Positions 1-8,729 of a stretch of 64,000 nt of DNA are shown piece after piece. The notes below the pieces were generated by a model. The model did no database searches, had not been told where the DNA came from, and saw only the letters and a list, made by a program, of their open reading frames with translations. This stretch comes from an uncultured Nitrospirota bacterium (GTDB lineage Bacteria > Nitrospirota > Nitrospiria > JACRHA01). The translations under genes and the position numbers were made by a program. Numbering within the stretch: the stretch's first letter is position 1; each line of letters starts with the position of its first letter. Where the stretch lies: assembly GCA_964481895.1 (NCBI GenBank), contig CAYZUL010000005.1, forward strand, positions 942-64,941, in the 5' to 3' direction.

Positions 1-343
1 CGCCTGCCTCGAAGAGCACCTGGGCTATGTTGTAAAGGCTATGCTTGGCGCCGCAAGAGACTATTATCTGCGATTTTTCATATTCAAGATTATTGTCCTT
101 TTTGAACTTCCCTATTATTGCATCTTTTAGCTCATCTGTCCCGGATGGCGCTGTATACTTTGTGAAACCTGACCTGATGGCCTTTATTGCCTCCTCTTTT
201 ACATCATCAGGGGTATCAAAATCGGGCTCCCCTACCCCAAAATCTATTACATCCACCCCTTGGGCCTTCATCGCCTTGGCCTTTGCAGACATTGCAAGTG
301 TAGGCGAAGGCTTAATCCTTCCTATCCTTTCAGCTAATTTCAT
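1..343 (-). CDS. Class I aminotransferase (aspartate aminotransferase-like), N-terminal portion; the gene runs off the window start
   Basis: Reverse-strand translation from the ATG at rc 343..341 reads [76 protein letters not shown]..., a typical AspC-family N-terminus. Its start overlaps the coaD stop by 1 nt (ATGA). It is absent from the ORF track because it is partial. Confidence 0.7.
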   Translation of the reverse strand, partial: MKLAERIGRIKPSPTLAMSAKAKAMKAQGVDVIDFGVGEPDFDTPDDVKEEAIKAIRSGFTKYTAPSGTDELKDAIIGKFKKDNNLEYEKSQIIVSCGAKHSLYNIAQVLFEAG

Positions 344-834
344 CAATCTCTCCTCTTGAAAATGTCCTTTAATCTCTTTGCTGCTATTGATGGCACAAGG
401 TCTTTCACCTCCCCGCCATAGCTCGCTACTTCTTTTATAAGACTTGACGTAAGATATGAATACTCCTCGCTTGGCATCATAAAGACCGTCTCAATTGTAT
501 CGGAAAGCTTCCTGTTCATAAGGGCCATCTGGAATTCATATTCAAAATCTGAGACCGCCCTCAAGCCTCTTATAATAGCAATGGCGCCCTTCTGCCTTAT
601 ATAATCCACAAGAAGTCCCTCAAAGGGTTCGATCTCTATATTCTGCATCCCCTTGGTAGCCTCTTCTATCATAAAGATCCTCTCGTTGATATCAAAGAGC
701 GGGGTCTTTTTTGGGTTAGGTGCAACCGCAATTATCACCCTGTCAAAGATCCTGAGGGATCTTTTTATGATGTCAATATGCCCATTTGTTATTGGATCAA
801 ACGTCCCGGGATAGACGGCACTCTTCATCTCCAT
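343..834 (-). CDS. coaD: Phosphopantetheine adenylyltransferase
   Basis: 163 aa; contains [14 protein letters not shown] (the T/HxGH nucleotidyltransferase motif); length and sequence are typical of CoaD. Confidence 0.9.
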   Translation of the reverse strand: MEMKSAVYPGTFDPITNGHIDIIKRSLRIFDRVIIAVAPNPKKTPLFDINERIFMIEEATKGMQNIEIEPFEGLLVDYIRQKGAIAIIRGLRAVSDFEYEFQMALMNRKLSDTIETVFMMPSEEYSYLTSSLIKEVASYGGEVKDLVPSIAAKRLKDIFKRRD

Positions 835-1403
835 TACGCCTCATCATCCTTTCCTGATATATAGAGAGAAAGGAGCGTCTCCCCATATCTATATTCATCT
901 TTTAGCTCCATTTTTCCGGAAACAGGCTCCAATCTTTTCTTAAAAAAATGTTCAACTATAATCATACCACCGGGGGCAAGGATCTCTGCGCCTCCCAGCA
1001 GCGGCCAGATCTCCCTTTCAAGGATATCTGATTTATAGGGCGGATCTAAAAAGATAATATCATATCTCCTCCCCTCTCTTGCTGCCTTCCTTATATACTC
1101 CAAAGCCCCTGATAAAATTATCTCTCCCTTAACCCCGATCCCAAGGAGCGACAGATTCTCCCTGATAATTCTCAGGAACCTGGGATTATTTTCGACAAAT
1201 ATAACCTCCGAGGCCCCCCTGCTTAATGCCTCTATGCCGACACTCCCTGTGCCCGAAAAGAGGTCTAAAAACCTGCTCCCCTCTACTCTGTCCATTATGA
1301 TATTAAAGAGGGACTCCTTTACCCGGTCTGAGGTGGGTCTTAATTCCAACCCCTTTGGGGCCCTGATCCTTCTGCCTCTTGCAATACCGGATATGATCCT
1401 CAT
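834..1403 (-). CDS. rsmD: 16S rRNA (guanine966-N2)-methyltransferase RsmD
   Basis: 189 aa; RsmD-like motifs [19 protein letters not shown] and IFLDPPY; 1-nt start/stop overlap with coaD. Confidence 0.8.
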   Translation of the reverse strand: MRIISGIARGRRIRAPKGLELRPTSDRVKESLFNIIMDRVEGSRFLDLFSGTGSVGIEALSRGASEVIFVENNPRFLRIIRENLSLLGIGVKGEIILSGALEYIRKAAREGRRYDIIFLDPPYKSDILEREIWPLLGGAEILAPGGMIIVEHFFKKRLEPVSGKMELKDEYRYGETLLSLYISGKDDEA

Positions 1404-2506
1404 AGCGTTACCTTTGAAGGAGATCTCCTCCTATAAAATGGCCTCCTCACTATAATAGCCGGCACCACCCTGCCCCTTATATCAACAAGAACCTCTATCC
1501 CAGGTTTTGCATATTCTGGCAGGACATAACCGATCCCTATCCCCTTATTCAGCATGGGTGAAATATTACCGCTGGTTACAAGGCCTATCTCCTTACCATC
1601 AGAGAAGATCCTAAAATCCTTTCTTGGGACCCCCTTCTGCAGGAGTTCGAAGAATATCAGTCTCCTTTTGGGGCCATTCTTCTTCTGTTCCAGCATGGCC
1701 GCCTTCCCGATAAAATCATCCTTACTGAAGTCTACTACCCATTCAAGACCTGCCTCAATGGGCGTTGTATCATCATTTATGTCATTTCCATATAATGAAT
1801 AGCCCATCTCAAGCCTTAACGTATCCCGCGCTCCCAGCCCGCATGGTTTGATGCCAAATTCCTTCCCGGAATCCAATAAAATATCCCAGACCTTCCCGGA
1901 ATAGACTCCATCCATTATTATTTCGTATCCAACCTCACCGGTATAACCGGTCATTGATACAAGACAGGGCAGACCCCCGAACTTAACCTCTTTGAGTCGC
2001 CATGGTTTAATAGAGGAGGCAGGGCCTGATATTGCTCTTTCCAGGACAGAAGCGGACATTGGTCCCTGGAGGGAGATCATACCTGTGTCATCTGTAATAT
2101 CTTTTATCTTAAATTCAAACCTGGCGCCATTCTCCATTATCCAGTCTATCACCTTTTCCCTGTTTGCCGCATTTACACAGAGCATGTATCTGTCCTTCTC
2201 CCTCCTCGAAATAAGGATATCATCCATAATCCCGCCGGAAGGCCCGGATATAAGGGTGTATTGGGCTGATCCTGCGGGCATATTCATAACATCCCTTACA
2301 GTAATCATTTGCAGCATAGACCCTGCGTCTTCTCCACGGATCTCAATCCTCCCCATATGCCCTATATCAAAAACGCCTGCACTCTCCCTTACAGTCCTGT
2401 GCTCATCCGTTACTCCGGAATAGGAAAGAGGCATCTCCCAGCCGGAAAAACCGGTGATCCTGGCCCCTAATTTTTTGTGGATCTCAAAAAGATGGGTCCT
2501 CCTCAT
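1400..2506 (-). CDS. gcvT: Glycine cleavage system T protein (aminomethyltransferase)
   Basis: 368 aa; begins THLFEIHKKLGARITGFSGWEMPLSY..., with GcvT-typical sequence across the full length. Confidence 0.85.
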   Translation of the reverse strand: MRRTHLFEIHKKLGARITGFSGWEMPLSYSGVTDEHRTVRESAGVFDIGHMGRIEIRGEDAGSMLQMITVRDVMNMPAGSAQYTLISGPSGGIMDDILISRREKDRYMLCVNAANREKVIDWIMENGARFEFKIKDITDDTGMISLQGPMSASVLERAISGPASSIKPWRLKEVKFGGLPCLVSMTGYTGEVGYEIIMDGVYSGKVWDILLDSGKEFGIKPCGLGARDTLRLEMGYSLYGNDINDDTTPIEAGLEWVVDFSKDDFIGKAAMLEQKKNGPKRRLIFFELLQKGVPRKDFRIFSDGKEIGLVTSGNISPMLNKGIGIGYVLPEYAKPGIEVLVDIRGRVVPAIIVRRPFYRRRSPSKVTL

Positions 2507-3219
2507 GCCGATGCCCTCTCTCCAAGATAGGCCTCTTTCACCTTAGGGTCCTGCAGCAGGATTTCCGCCCTGTCGGTCATGACTATCCTCCCTGTTTCCA
2601 TTACATAGCCACGATTGGCAAGTTCCAGGGCAGCCCTGGCGTTCTGTTCTACAAGCAGGATCGTATTCCCCTCGCTATTTATCTTTCTTATTATCTCAAA
2701 GATCCTTGTTACCATTATAGGCGCAAGACCAAGTGAAGGTTCATCCAATAAAAGCAATCTTGGTTTCGCCATCAATGCCCTTCCGATTGCAAGCATCTGC
2801 TGTTCACCGCCACTCAGTGTACCACCAGCCTGAGCCGATCTTTCCTTTAGTACAGGGAAGTAAGAATAGACCATCTCAATCCGGTTTAACAACTCTTTTT
2901 TATTCTTCACCATATATCCGCCAAGTTCAATATTTTCAAGGATAGTAAGCCCCGGAAATATCCTCCTCCCCTCCGGTACCTGCGATATACCCAACCGGAC
3001 AATCTCATGGGGCTTAAGCCCGTCTATCCTTTTTCCCTTGAACTCTATTAAACCGCTTCTGGCCCTGAGCATCCCTGAGATGGTCATCAACATCGTTGTC
3101 TTTCCCGCGCCGTTGGCACCTATCAGCGCAACAATCTCCCCTTCCTCAACCTCCATGGAAACGGACTTTAGCGCCTCGATAGATCTATAGAAGGTGCGGA
3201 GATCCTTGACCTTAAGCAC
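2503..3219 (-). CDS. livF: Branched-chain amino acid ABC transporter ATP-binding protein LivF-like
   Basis: 238 aa; Walker A GANGAGKTT, ABC signature LSGGEQQ, LivF-like C-terminus; overlaps livG by 8 nt. Confidence 0.8.
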   Translation of the reverse strand: MLKVKDLRTFYRSIEALKSVSMEVEEGEIVALIGANGAGKTTMLMTISGMLRARSGLIEFKGKRIDGLKPHEIVRLGISQVPEGRRIFPGLTILENIELGGYMVKNKKELLNRIEMVYSYFPVLKERSAQAGGTLSGGEQQMLAIGRALMAKPRLLLLDEPSLGLAPIMVTRIFEIIRKINSEGNTILLVEQNARAALELANRGYVMETGRIVMTDRAEILLQDPKVKEAYLGERASA

Positions 3220-3982
3220 CTGTCATCTCTCTGCCCAGATAGGCCTCGATTACCTTTTCATCCCTCTGGATCTGATCAGGCATCCCCTCCGCTATCTTGA
3301 CCCCATGATCGAGCACCACAACCATGTCCGAGATCCCCATTACAAGACGCATATCATGTTCTATCAGGAGGACCGTTATCCCCCTTTCCCTAATTCGCCT
3401 GATTAGGTCCATCAACATCTTGGTCTCCATCGGGTTCATTCCGGCGGCCGGCTCATCAAGTAGAAGGAGTTCAGGATCACTGGCAAGGGCCCTTGCTATC
3501 TCTGCCCTCTTTTGATCCCCATAAGAAAGACCTCCTCCAAGGGTATGCGCCACATTCTTTAACCCGACAAAATCAAGCAGCATCTGTGCTTTATCAAGGA
3601 GATCCCTCTCTTCTCTGATAACCCCTTTTGTTCTGAGGAGTGAACCCAGAAACCCGCCCCTTGTCCGGCAATGGGCCCCCACCATAACATTCTCCGCACA
3701 GGTCATGCCGGCAAAGAGTCTTATCCCCTGGAAGGTTCTCGCAATGCCGCCTTCAGTTATCTTGTGGGGTTTTAGCCCTACGATATCCCTACCCTTAAAT
3801 CTAATCTCCCCTTTTGTAGAGCGATGTACCCCTGTTACACAGTTAAAGAAGGTGGTCTTCCCTGCACCATTTGGGCCTATAAGTCCGGTTATATTCCCTG
3901 ATGATACAGAAAGGTCTATCCCCTCAAGGGCTACAAGCCCGTCAAATGCCTTGGTAAGGCTTTTTGTTTCAAGAAGCGTCAT
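3212..3982 (-). CDS. livG: Branched-chain amino acid ABC transporter ATP-binding protein LivG-like
   Basis: 256 aa; GPNGAGKTT and LSYGDQKRAEIARAL with the LivG-specific insert; no permease or binding-protein genes lie adjacent. Confidence 0.8.
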   Translation of the reverse strand: MTLLETKSLTKAFDGLVALEGIDLSVSSGNITGLIGPNGAGKTTFFNCVTGVHRSTKGEIRFKGRDIVGLKPHKITEGGIARTFQGIRLFAGMTCAENVMVGAHCRTRGGFLGSLLRTKGVIREERDLLDKAQMLLDFVGLKNVAHTLGGGLSYGDQKRAEIARALASDPELLLLDEPAAGMNPMETKMLMDLIRRIRERGITVLLIEHDMRLVMGISDMVVVLDHGVKIAEGMPDQIQRDEKVIEAYLGREMTGA

Positions 3983-4056
3983 ATTTTATGAAGGCAGATC
4001 CTCTTAAAATATCGATAAAATTATACAATATAGCCCAATACTTCTCAATCCTTATC

Positions 4057-4085
4057 TTGACACCCGATGAGGGATTTGATACCCT
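4057..4085 (+). promoter_or_regulatory. Candidate sigma70-type promoter for tRNA-Lys
   Basis: TTGACA at 4057-4062, a 17-bp spacer, then a weak -10 TACCCT at 4080-4085, about 18 nt upstream of the tRNA 5' end. Confidence 0.25.
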
Positions 4086-4102
4086 TCGGAAAGATTGTAA
4101 GT

Positions 4103-4179
4103 GGGCCGCTAGCTCAGCCTGGTAGAGCACCGCCCTTTTAAGGCGGGTGTCGATGGTTCGAATCCATCGCGGCTCACCA
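4103..4179 (+). tRNA. tRNA-Lys (anticodon TTT), CCA encoded
   Basis: Manual cloverleaf fold: acceptor GGGCCGC/GCGGCTC, D-stem GCTC/GAGC, anticodon stem CCGCC/GGCGG with loop CTTTTAA, T-stem GATGG/CCATC, T-loop TTCGAAT, discriminator A then CCA. Confidence 0.9.
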
Positions 4180-4183
4180 AAGA

Positions 4184-5368
4184 TTATCGATTGTTATTCT
4201 CCTTCACAGCAACAAAAAAGAAGATACCTGCAAACAACAGGCCTATACTAAAGAATCCAAAGGCCACACTGTAACCAAAACCAGCCACCAGTAAACCGGC
4301 TACAATTGGACCGCCTGCATGTCCCATATCTGTTATCGTTCCGAACAGGCCATGTGCAGAACCATAATTATGCCTTTTACACAGGTCTGTAATAAGGGGA
4401 GGTGTGGCAGAGATCACAACGGCAACAGCAAGGCCATATATGACAACAAGGGCAATCAGGCCATAAAATATTCTTACATGCGGAATCATCCAGATAATGG
4501 AGGCACCGCATAAAAGGCCGGCAATAATCTGAGGTCTTCTCCCTATCCTGTCCGACATGGCGCCCATTATAGGCCTGGCCATAAGTGTAGAAACGGTCTG
4601 GACCCCAAAGAGAAAACCAATCTGCCATGGTTTAAGCCCTGCCACCTGCTTTGCATAGATAGGTAGAAACCCCTCAATTGCACCTGTTGCAAAAAACTGA
4701 AGCGCCTGGGTTATGCTTGCCCCAAGGATCGACAGGTTGGATACTACCTCCCTGAGACCATCAATAAATCTGCCTTTTACTATCGATAGGTCACCAGTGT
4801 TAGTTTTGTGGATTGTCTCCGGCCACCTGAGGATAGAAATCAAAGCAGCAATCCCGGCAATACCAGACGCCACAAATGGATAGGTGAATCCCCCTGCTGA
4901 TATGAGTATACCTCCCAGCCACGGGCCAATAGTATTTCCTATCATAGCTGCAGAGCTATAAGTTGCAAGCCGCTCCCCGCGTCTCTCCTTCTCGACAATA
5001 TCAGAGATGATAGCAGAGACAACAGGGCCAAATATGGCAGTAGCTGAGCCATGTATAAAACGGATAACAAGCAGCGATATATAGCCATTTACCAATAGAT
5101 ATAGATATGGGGCAAAGGCAAAGACGAGCAAACCCGCGATCAGGAGGCGCCTTCGGCCATATATATCGGAGAGCCCCCCGGATAAAAATTTCCCAAAGAT
5201 GCCGGTTATGGTAGAGGCTGCAACAATCAGACCTATGGCCTTAGGGCCGACACCGAGGCTCTCCGCATATAGCGGGATAACAGGAAATCTGGAAAGGCTA
5301 TAAGATAAGAAGGCCAAAAATCCGGACAGGCATAACCTTAAAAATAACCTCCCCTTCCTATCCTCCAT
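4184..5368 (-). CDS. MFS transporter
   Basis: 394 aa with about 12 predicted TM helices and the MFS loop motif GGLSDIYGRRR between TM2 and TM3. Confidence 0.8.
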   Translation of the reverse strand: MEDRKGRLFLRLCLSGFLAFLSYSLSRFPVIPLYAESLGVGPKAIGLIVAASTITGIFGKFLSGGLSDIYGRRRLLIAGLLVFAFAPYLYLLVNGYISLLVIRFIHGSATAIFGPVVSAIISDIVEKERRGERLATYSSAAMIGNTIGPWLGGILISAGGFTYPFVASGIAGIAALISILRWPETIHKTNTGDLSIVKGRFIDGLREVVSNLSILGASITQALQFFATGAIEGFLPIYAKQVAGLKPWQIGFLFGVQTVSTLMARPIMGAMSDRIGRRPQIIAGLLCGASIIWMIPHVRIFYGLIALVVIYGLAVAVVISATPPLITDLCKRHNYGSAHGLFGTITDMGHAGGPIVAGLLVAGFGYSVAFGFFSIGLLFAGIFFFVAVKENNNR

Positions 5369-5631
5369 TAGTCTATGGATTCAAACTAATTGTCATGGTA
5401 GTCCGCATTATACCTAACAACTTAAGCTATATCCAGAAATTTCACCCAAAATTTTCCCGACGCTGGACTCTTCATCTCTTTCATTATATAATGCCGGTAT
5501 TCATGCTGTTTGAAATGGCAGAACCCATTGACGGACCGATCGCCACATGTTATTCTTTCCGTCATGCGAATATCGTATCTGTCTCTTATCTCATGCACGC
5601 AGCATCCTTTTCTAGTAGAATCAAACTGCTG

Positions 5632-7260
5632 ATGCGTATATTCTTAATCCATATCCGTGATCCACAGTTTTACGCCCTGCCGGCCAAGACCCGCGCCAAG
5701 AACGGGAATATCCGGGTGATGGGCTTTCCTCCCATCGGCATCATGTCGCTCTCCGCCGTGCTCAAACTGGCGGGTCACGAGTGTGTGATGTTCGATCAGG
5801 CAAATCCCGACACACCCAATGACGTTATTATCGAAGAAATCCGCAAGCAGCGCCCCGCGCTTGTCGGCCTTAGTTTCCTGAGCACAACCAGTTATCCTTA
5901 CGCGAAGATCCTGGCCCGTCAGATCCGCGCGACCGATTCGAAAGTTCGGCTGGCGTTCGGCGGCGTCTTCGCCTCGCTCAACGCGCAGTTGGTCAAGCTC
6001 CAATGTCCCGAGGTCGACTTTGTCTGCCGCGGCGACGGCGAGCAGCTCATCCTGGATCTTATTGAGCGGCTCGACGCTCCCGAGACAGTGGAAAGTCTGA
6101 CGTGGGCCAAGGACGGCCAGGTGATGCAGAACCCCAACCGGACAATGGAGCGTCATCTCAATCAGTGGCCGTTTCCCGACCGTGAGGGGCTGCCTCTTGA
6201 CTTTATCGAGTCGATGCCGCTTGATGTGCCGGCGGTATTGTCGATGGAGCGCTTCACGACAATGCAGACCTCCCGCGGCTGTCCATGGCCGTGTATCTTT
6301 TGCGACATCCCGGTATTCAATGAGGGGAAGTGGCGCTCCCGCACTGCCGATCACGTAGTGGAAGAGTTTAAGCATCTCCAGAATCTCGGCTATGGGGCCG
6401 TTTATTTCGTAGACGATCACTTTCTCCTCCAGCCCAAACGGATCGAAGAAATTTGCCGGGGCATCATCGACGCCGGTGTAACAATCGAGTGGGGTGTTGA
6501 GGGGCGGGTCGACTCCGTTTGCCAACATCTCTTCCCAGTAATGGCAAAGGCGCACTGCCGAACGATCATGTTTGGAATCGAGACCGGCAGCCAGAAGGTG
6601 CTCAACCGGCTGAACAAGGAACAGACCCTGGAAGATGTCGAATCGGCGGTGACGACCGCCAAGAAAGCAGGCATCGAGATCGTACACGGCTTCTTCGTAG
6701 TTGGCACCCCGGACGAGACGGTGGAGGATATGCGGGCTACGTTCGACTTTGCGTCACGGCTCAGGCTCGATACCTTTGCGTTCAATCGACTCTGCGTCTA
6801 CCGCGGGACACCCCTGTGGCAGGAATATGTGCAGCGCGGCCTGGTCAATGACGTGACCGACTGGTACAAGTTTTTTAAGTGCTCGGAGATCGACCCCACC
6901 TGTCTGCCCGGTGAGGTCATTAATGCGGAGCGCAACGCGGGTATGCGCCGCCTATTTGTCTACAAACTGACGCATTACCCGATTCAAATCTTTACGTTGC
7001 TGCGCCGCTTCCTCCGCTTTATGCCTGTGCGTGACGTGATATATCTGATTGTCAAGCCGTTTCTGGGAAAAAAGCGGGGACAGACAAAGGCCGAAACACT
7101 GTCACGTGCCGTTGAGCACGGGGCTCACAAGGACACGGCCGCCGAGCTGACGCAGGTGTCGGATGATAAACTCGAATATGTCATCAATGAGTCGAAGGCC
7201 GAGCGCCTTCGCTCTCAGCAAGAGGCGGAAAAATCGGAAGTCACTGGCCAAGGTGCCTGA
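5632..7260 (+). CDS. B12-binding domain-containing radical SAM protein
   Basis: N-terminal cobalamin-binding-like domain followed by the radical-SAM cysteine triad CPWPCIFCD. The ORF-track start at 5395 is probably too far upstream; the ATG at 5632 (MRIFLIHIRD...) begins the conserved part. GC and codon usage are clearly higher than in neighbouring genes. Confidence 0.75.
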   Translation: MRIFLIHIRDPQFYALPAKTRAKNGNIRVMGFPPIGIMSLSAVLKLAGHECVMFDQANPDTPNDVIIEEIRKQRPALVGLSFLSTTSYPYAKILARQIRATDSKVRLAFGGVFASLNAQLVKLQCPEVDFVCRGDGEQLILDLIERLDAPETVESLTWAKDGQVMQNPNRTMERHLNQWPFPDREGLPLDFIESMPLDVPAVLSMERFTTMQTSRGCPWPCIFCDIPVFNEGKWRSRTADHVVEEFKHLQNLGYGAVYFVDDHFLLQPKRIEEICRGIIDAGVTIEWGVEGRVDSVCQHLFPVMAKAHCRTIMFGIETGSQKVLNRLNKEQTLEDVESAVTTAKKAGIEIVHGFFVVGTPDETVEDMRATFDFASRLRLDTFAFNRLCVYRGTPLWQEYVQRGLVNDVTDWYKFFKCSEIDPTCLPGEVINAERNAGMRRLFVYKLTHYPIQIFTLLRRFLRFMPVRDVIYLIVKPFLGKKRGQTKAETLSRAVEHGAHKDTAAELTQVSDDKLEYVINESKAERLRSQQEAEKSEVTGQGA

Positions 7261-7393
7261 GGCCGATCCTCGCATTCTATCCCTCCCTCCATTCAGCACT
7301 TCTTGAACTGGATAGATATATAAGTAAATCCCAATCTGTTGTATAATTAAACGGATCTATATTATAAATAGACCTAAATAAGGAGACGCTTAA

Positions 7394-8644
7394 TTGAAAA
7401 TATATTTATTCCTGATAGTCATTGCATACATCCTGAAAGAGGCATTCAAATATCTCGTCATCTATATGAACTTAAATCACATGATGAGAAAAGGGGATGT
7501 TGTACCGCCTGAATTTGATGGAAAGATCAATAAGGAAGGAATGAAAAAGGCAGGAGATTATCAGTCGGAGAGGGTCCGCTTCGGCATGATCGCGTCCCTA
7601 TTTAACAATATAGTCATAATCGTCTTTATCTTTGGCGGTCTTCTGAGCCTCTATAATAGATGGATCTCATCCTTAAACCTCCCCTTTATCTTTGCCGGGT
7701 GGCTCTTCTTTATACTCCTATTCTATACAAACGAGATCCTCTCCATCCCTTTTGGCCTATATAGCAGTTTTAAGATAGAGGCAAGGTACGGATTCAATAC
7801 AATGACACCCCGCCTCTGGCTCTCTGACTTTCTAAAGTCGATCTCTATCTCTACTGCCATGAACTCCCTCCTGATATTGGCCGGTCTCCTCTTGATTCAA
7901 TGGGCCCCCGATTCCTGGTGGATCTGGGTATGGACTTTTATTTTGGTCTACAGCATATTCTTTATGTATATATCGCCATATGTGATTGAACCCTTATTTA
8001 ATAAATTCGCCCCCATTGATGACGAATCGCTCAGAGAAAGGATCATCAGACTGACAGATAAGGTGGGCATACATGTCGGCAGGATACTAAAGATGGATGC
8101 CTCAAAGAGGAGCAGACATACAAACGCCTATTTCACGGGAATCGGGAAGACAAAGAGGATAGTCCTTTTTGACACCCTCCTGTCAGGCATGGATCAGGAT
8201 GAGATAATAGCTGTCCTTGCCCATGAGATTGGACACTGGAAGGGCAGGCATATCTTGAAGATGATGGTCATATCCGCTATCGTATCGCTTGTAGCCCTCT
8301 TTTTGACCTTCAGATTGACTCAGAGTGATCTCCTTTTGCGGCTCTTTAATATCAGCACAGACACACTCTTTGTAAAGCTGTTTATTATCTCATTCCTTGC
8401 AGGGATTGTAGCCACGCCCTTAAAGTGGTTTATGAGTTGGCTTAGCAGAAGGCATGAGAGGGAGGCCGACAGGACATCGTATGAACTTACATCAGATGGC
8501 GAGAGGATGGTGAGCGCCCTTGTAAAGCTCTCCAAGGAAAACCTCTCAAACCTCTATCCCCACCCCCTCTATGTCGCCATCTATTATTCCCATCCCCCTG
8601 TCCTGGAGAGGATAAGATATATAAGGTCTCTTTTAAAAGCATGA
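7394..8644 (+). CDS. M48-family zinc metallopeptidase (Ste24/CAAX-protease-like), membrane
   Basis: 416 aa with multiple TM helices and the HExxH motif in LAHEIGHWKGRH; TTG start preceded by AGGAGA. Confidence 0.8.
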   Translation: MKIYLFLIVIAYILKEAFKYLVIYMNLNHMMRKGDVVPPEFDGKINKEGMKKAGDYQSERVRFGMIASLFNNIVIIVFIFGGLLSLYNRWISSLNLPFIFAGWLFFILLFYTNEILSIPFGLYSSFKIEARYGFNTMTPRLWLSDFLKSISISTAMNSLLILAGLLLIQWAPDSWWIWVWTFILVYSIFFMYISPYVIEPLFNKFAPIDDESLRERIIRLTDKVGIHVGRILKMDASKRSRHTNAYFTGIGKTKRIVLFDTLLSGMDQDEIIAVLAHEIGHWKGRHILKMMVISAIVSLVALFLTFRLTQSDLLLRLFNISTDTLFVKLFIISFLAGIVATPLKWFMSWLSRRHEREADRTSYELTSDGERMVSALVKLSKENLSNLYPHPLYVAIYYSHPPVLERIRYIRSLLKA

Positions 8645-8729
8645 AGATGTCAGAATCTAAAAGGAGATTCCAGGGGTGGAGGATCTTTTCTGCCCTAAAA
8701 TGTATCTCGTTTGCAGCTATGTGGCAATG

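Noticed and set aside
45-359. 104-aa + strand ORF at the window start
   Set aside because: It is antisense to a clearly recognisable aminotransferase N-terminus on the minus strand; no RBS and no homology.
5644-6687. 347-aa minus-strand ORF inside the radical SAM gene
   Set aside because: A long antisense ORF is expected in a GC-rich gene with few stop codons; the sense strand carries the B12/rSAM motifs.
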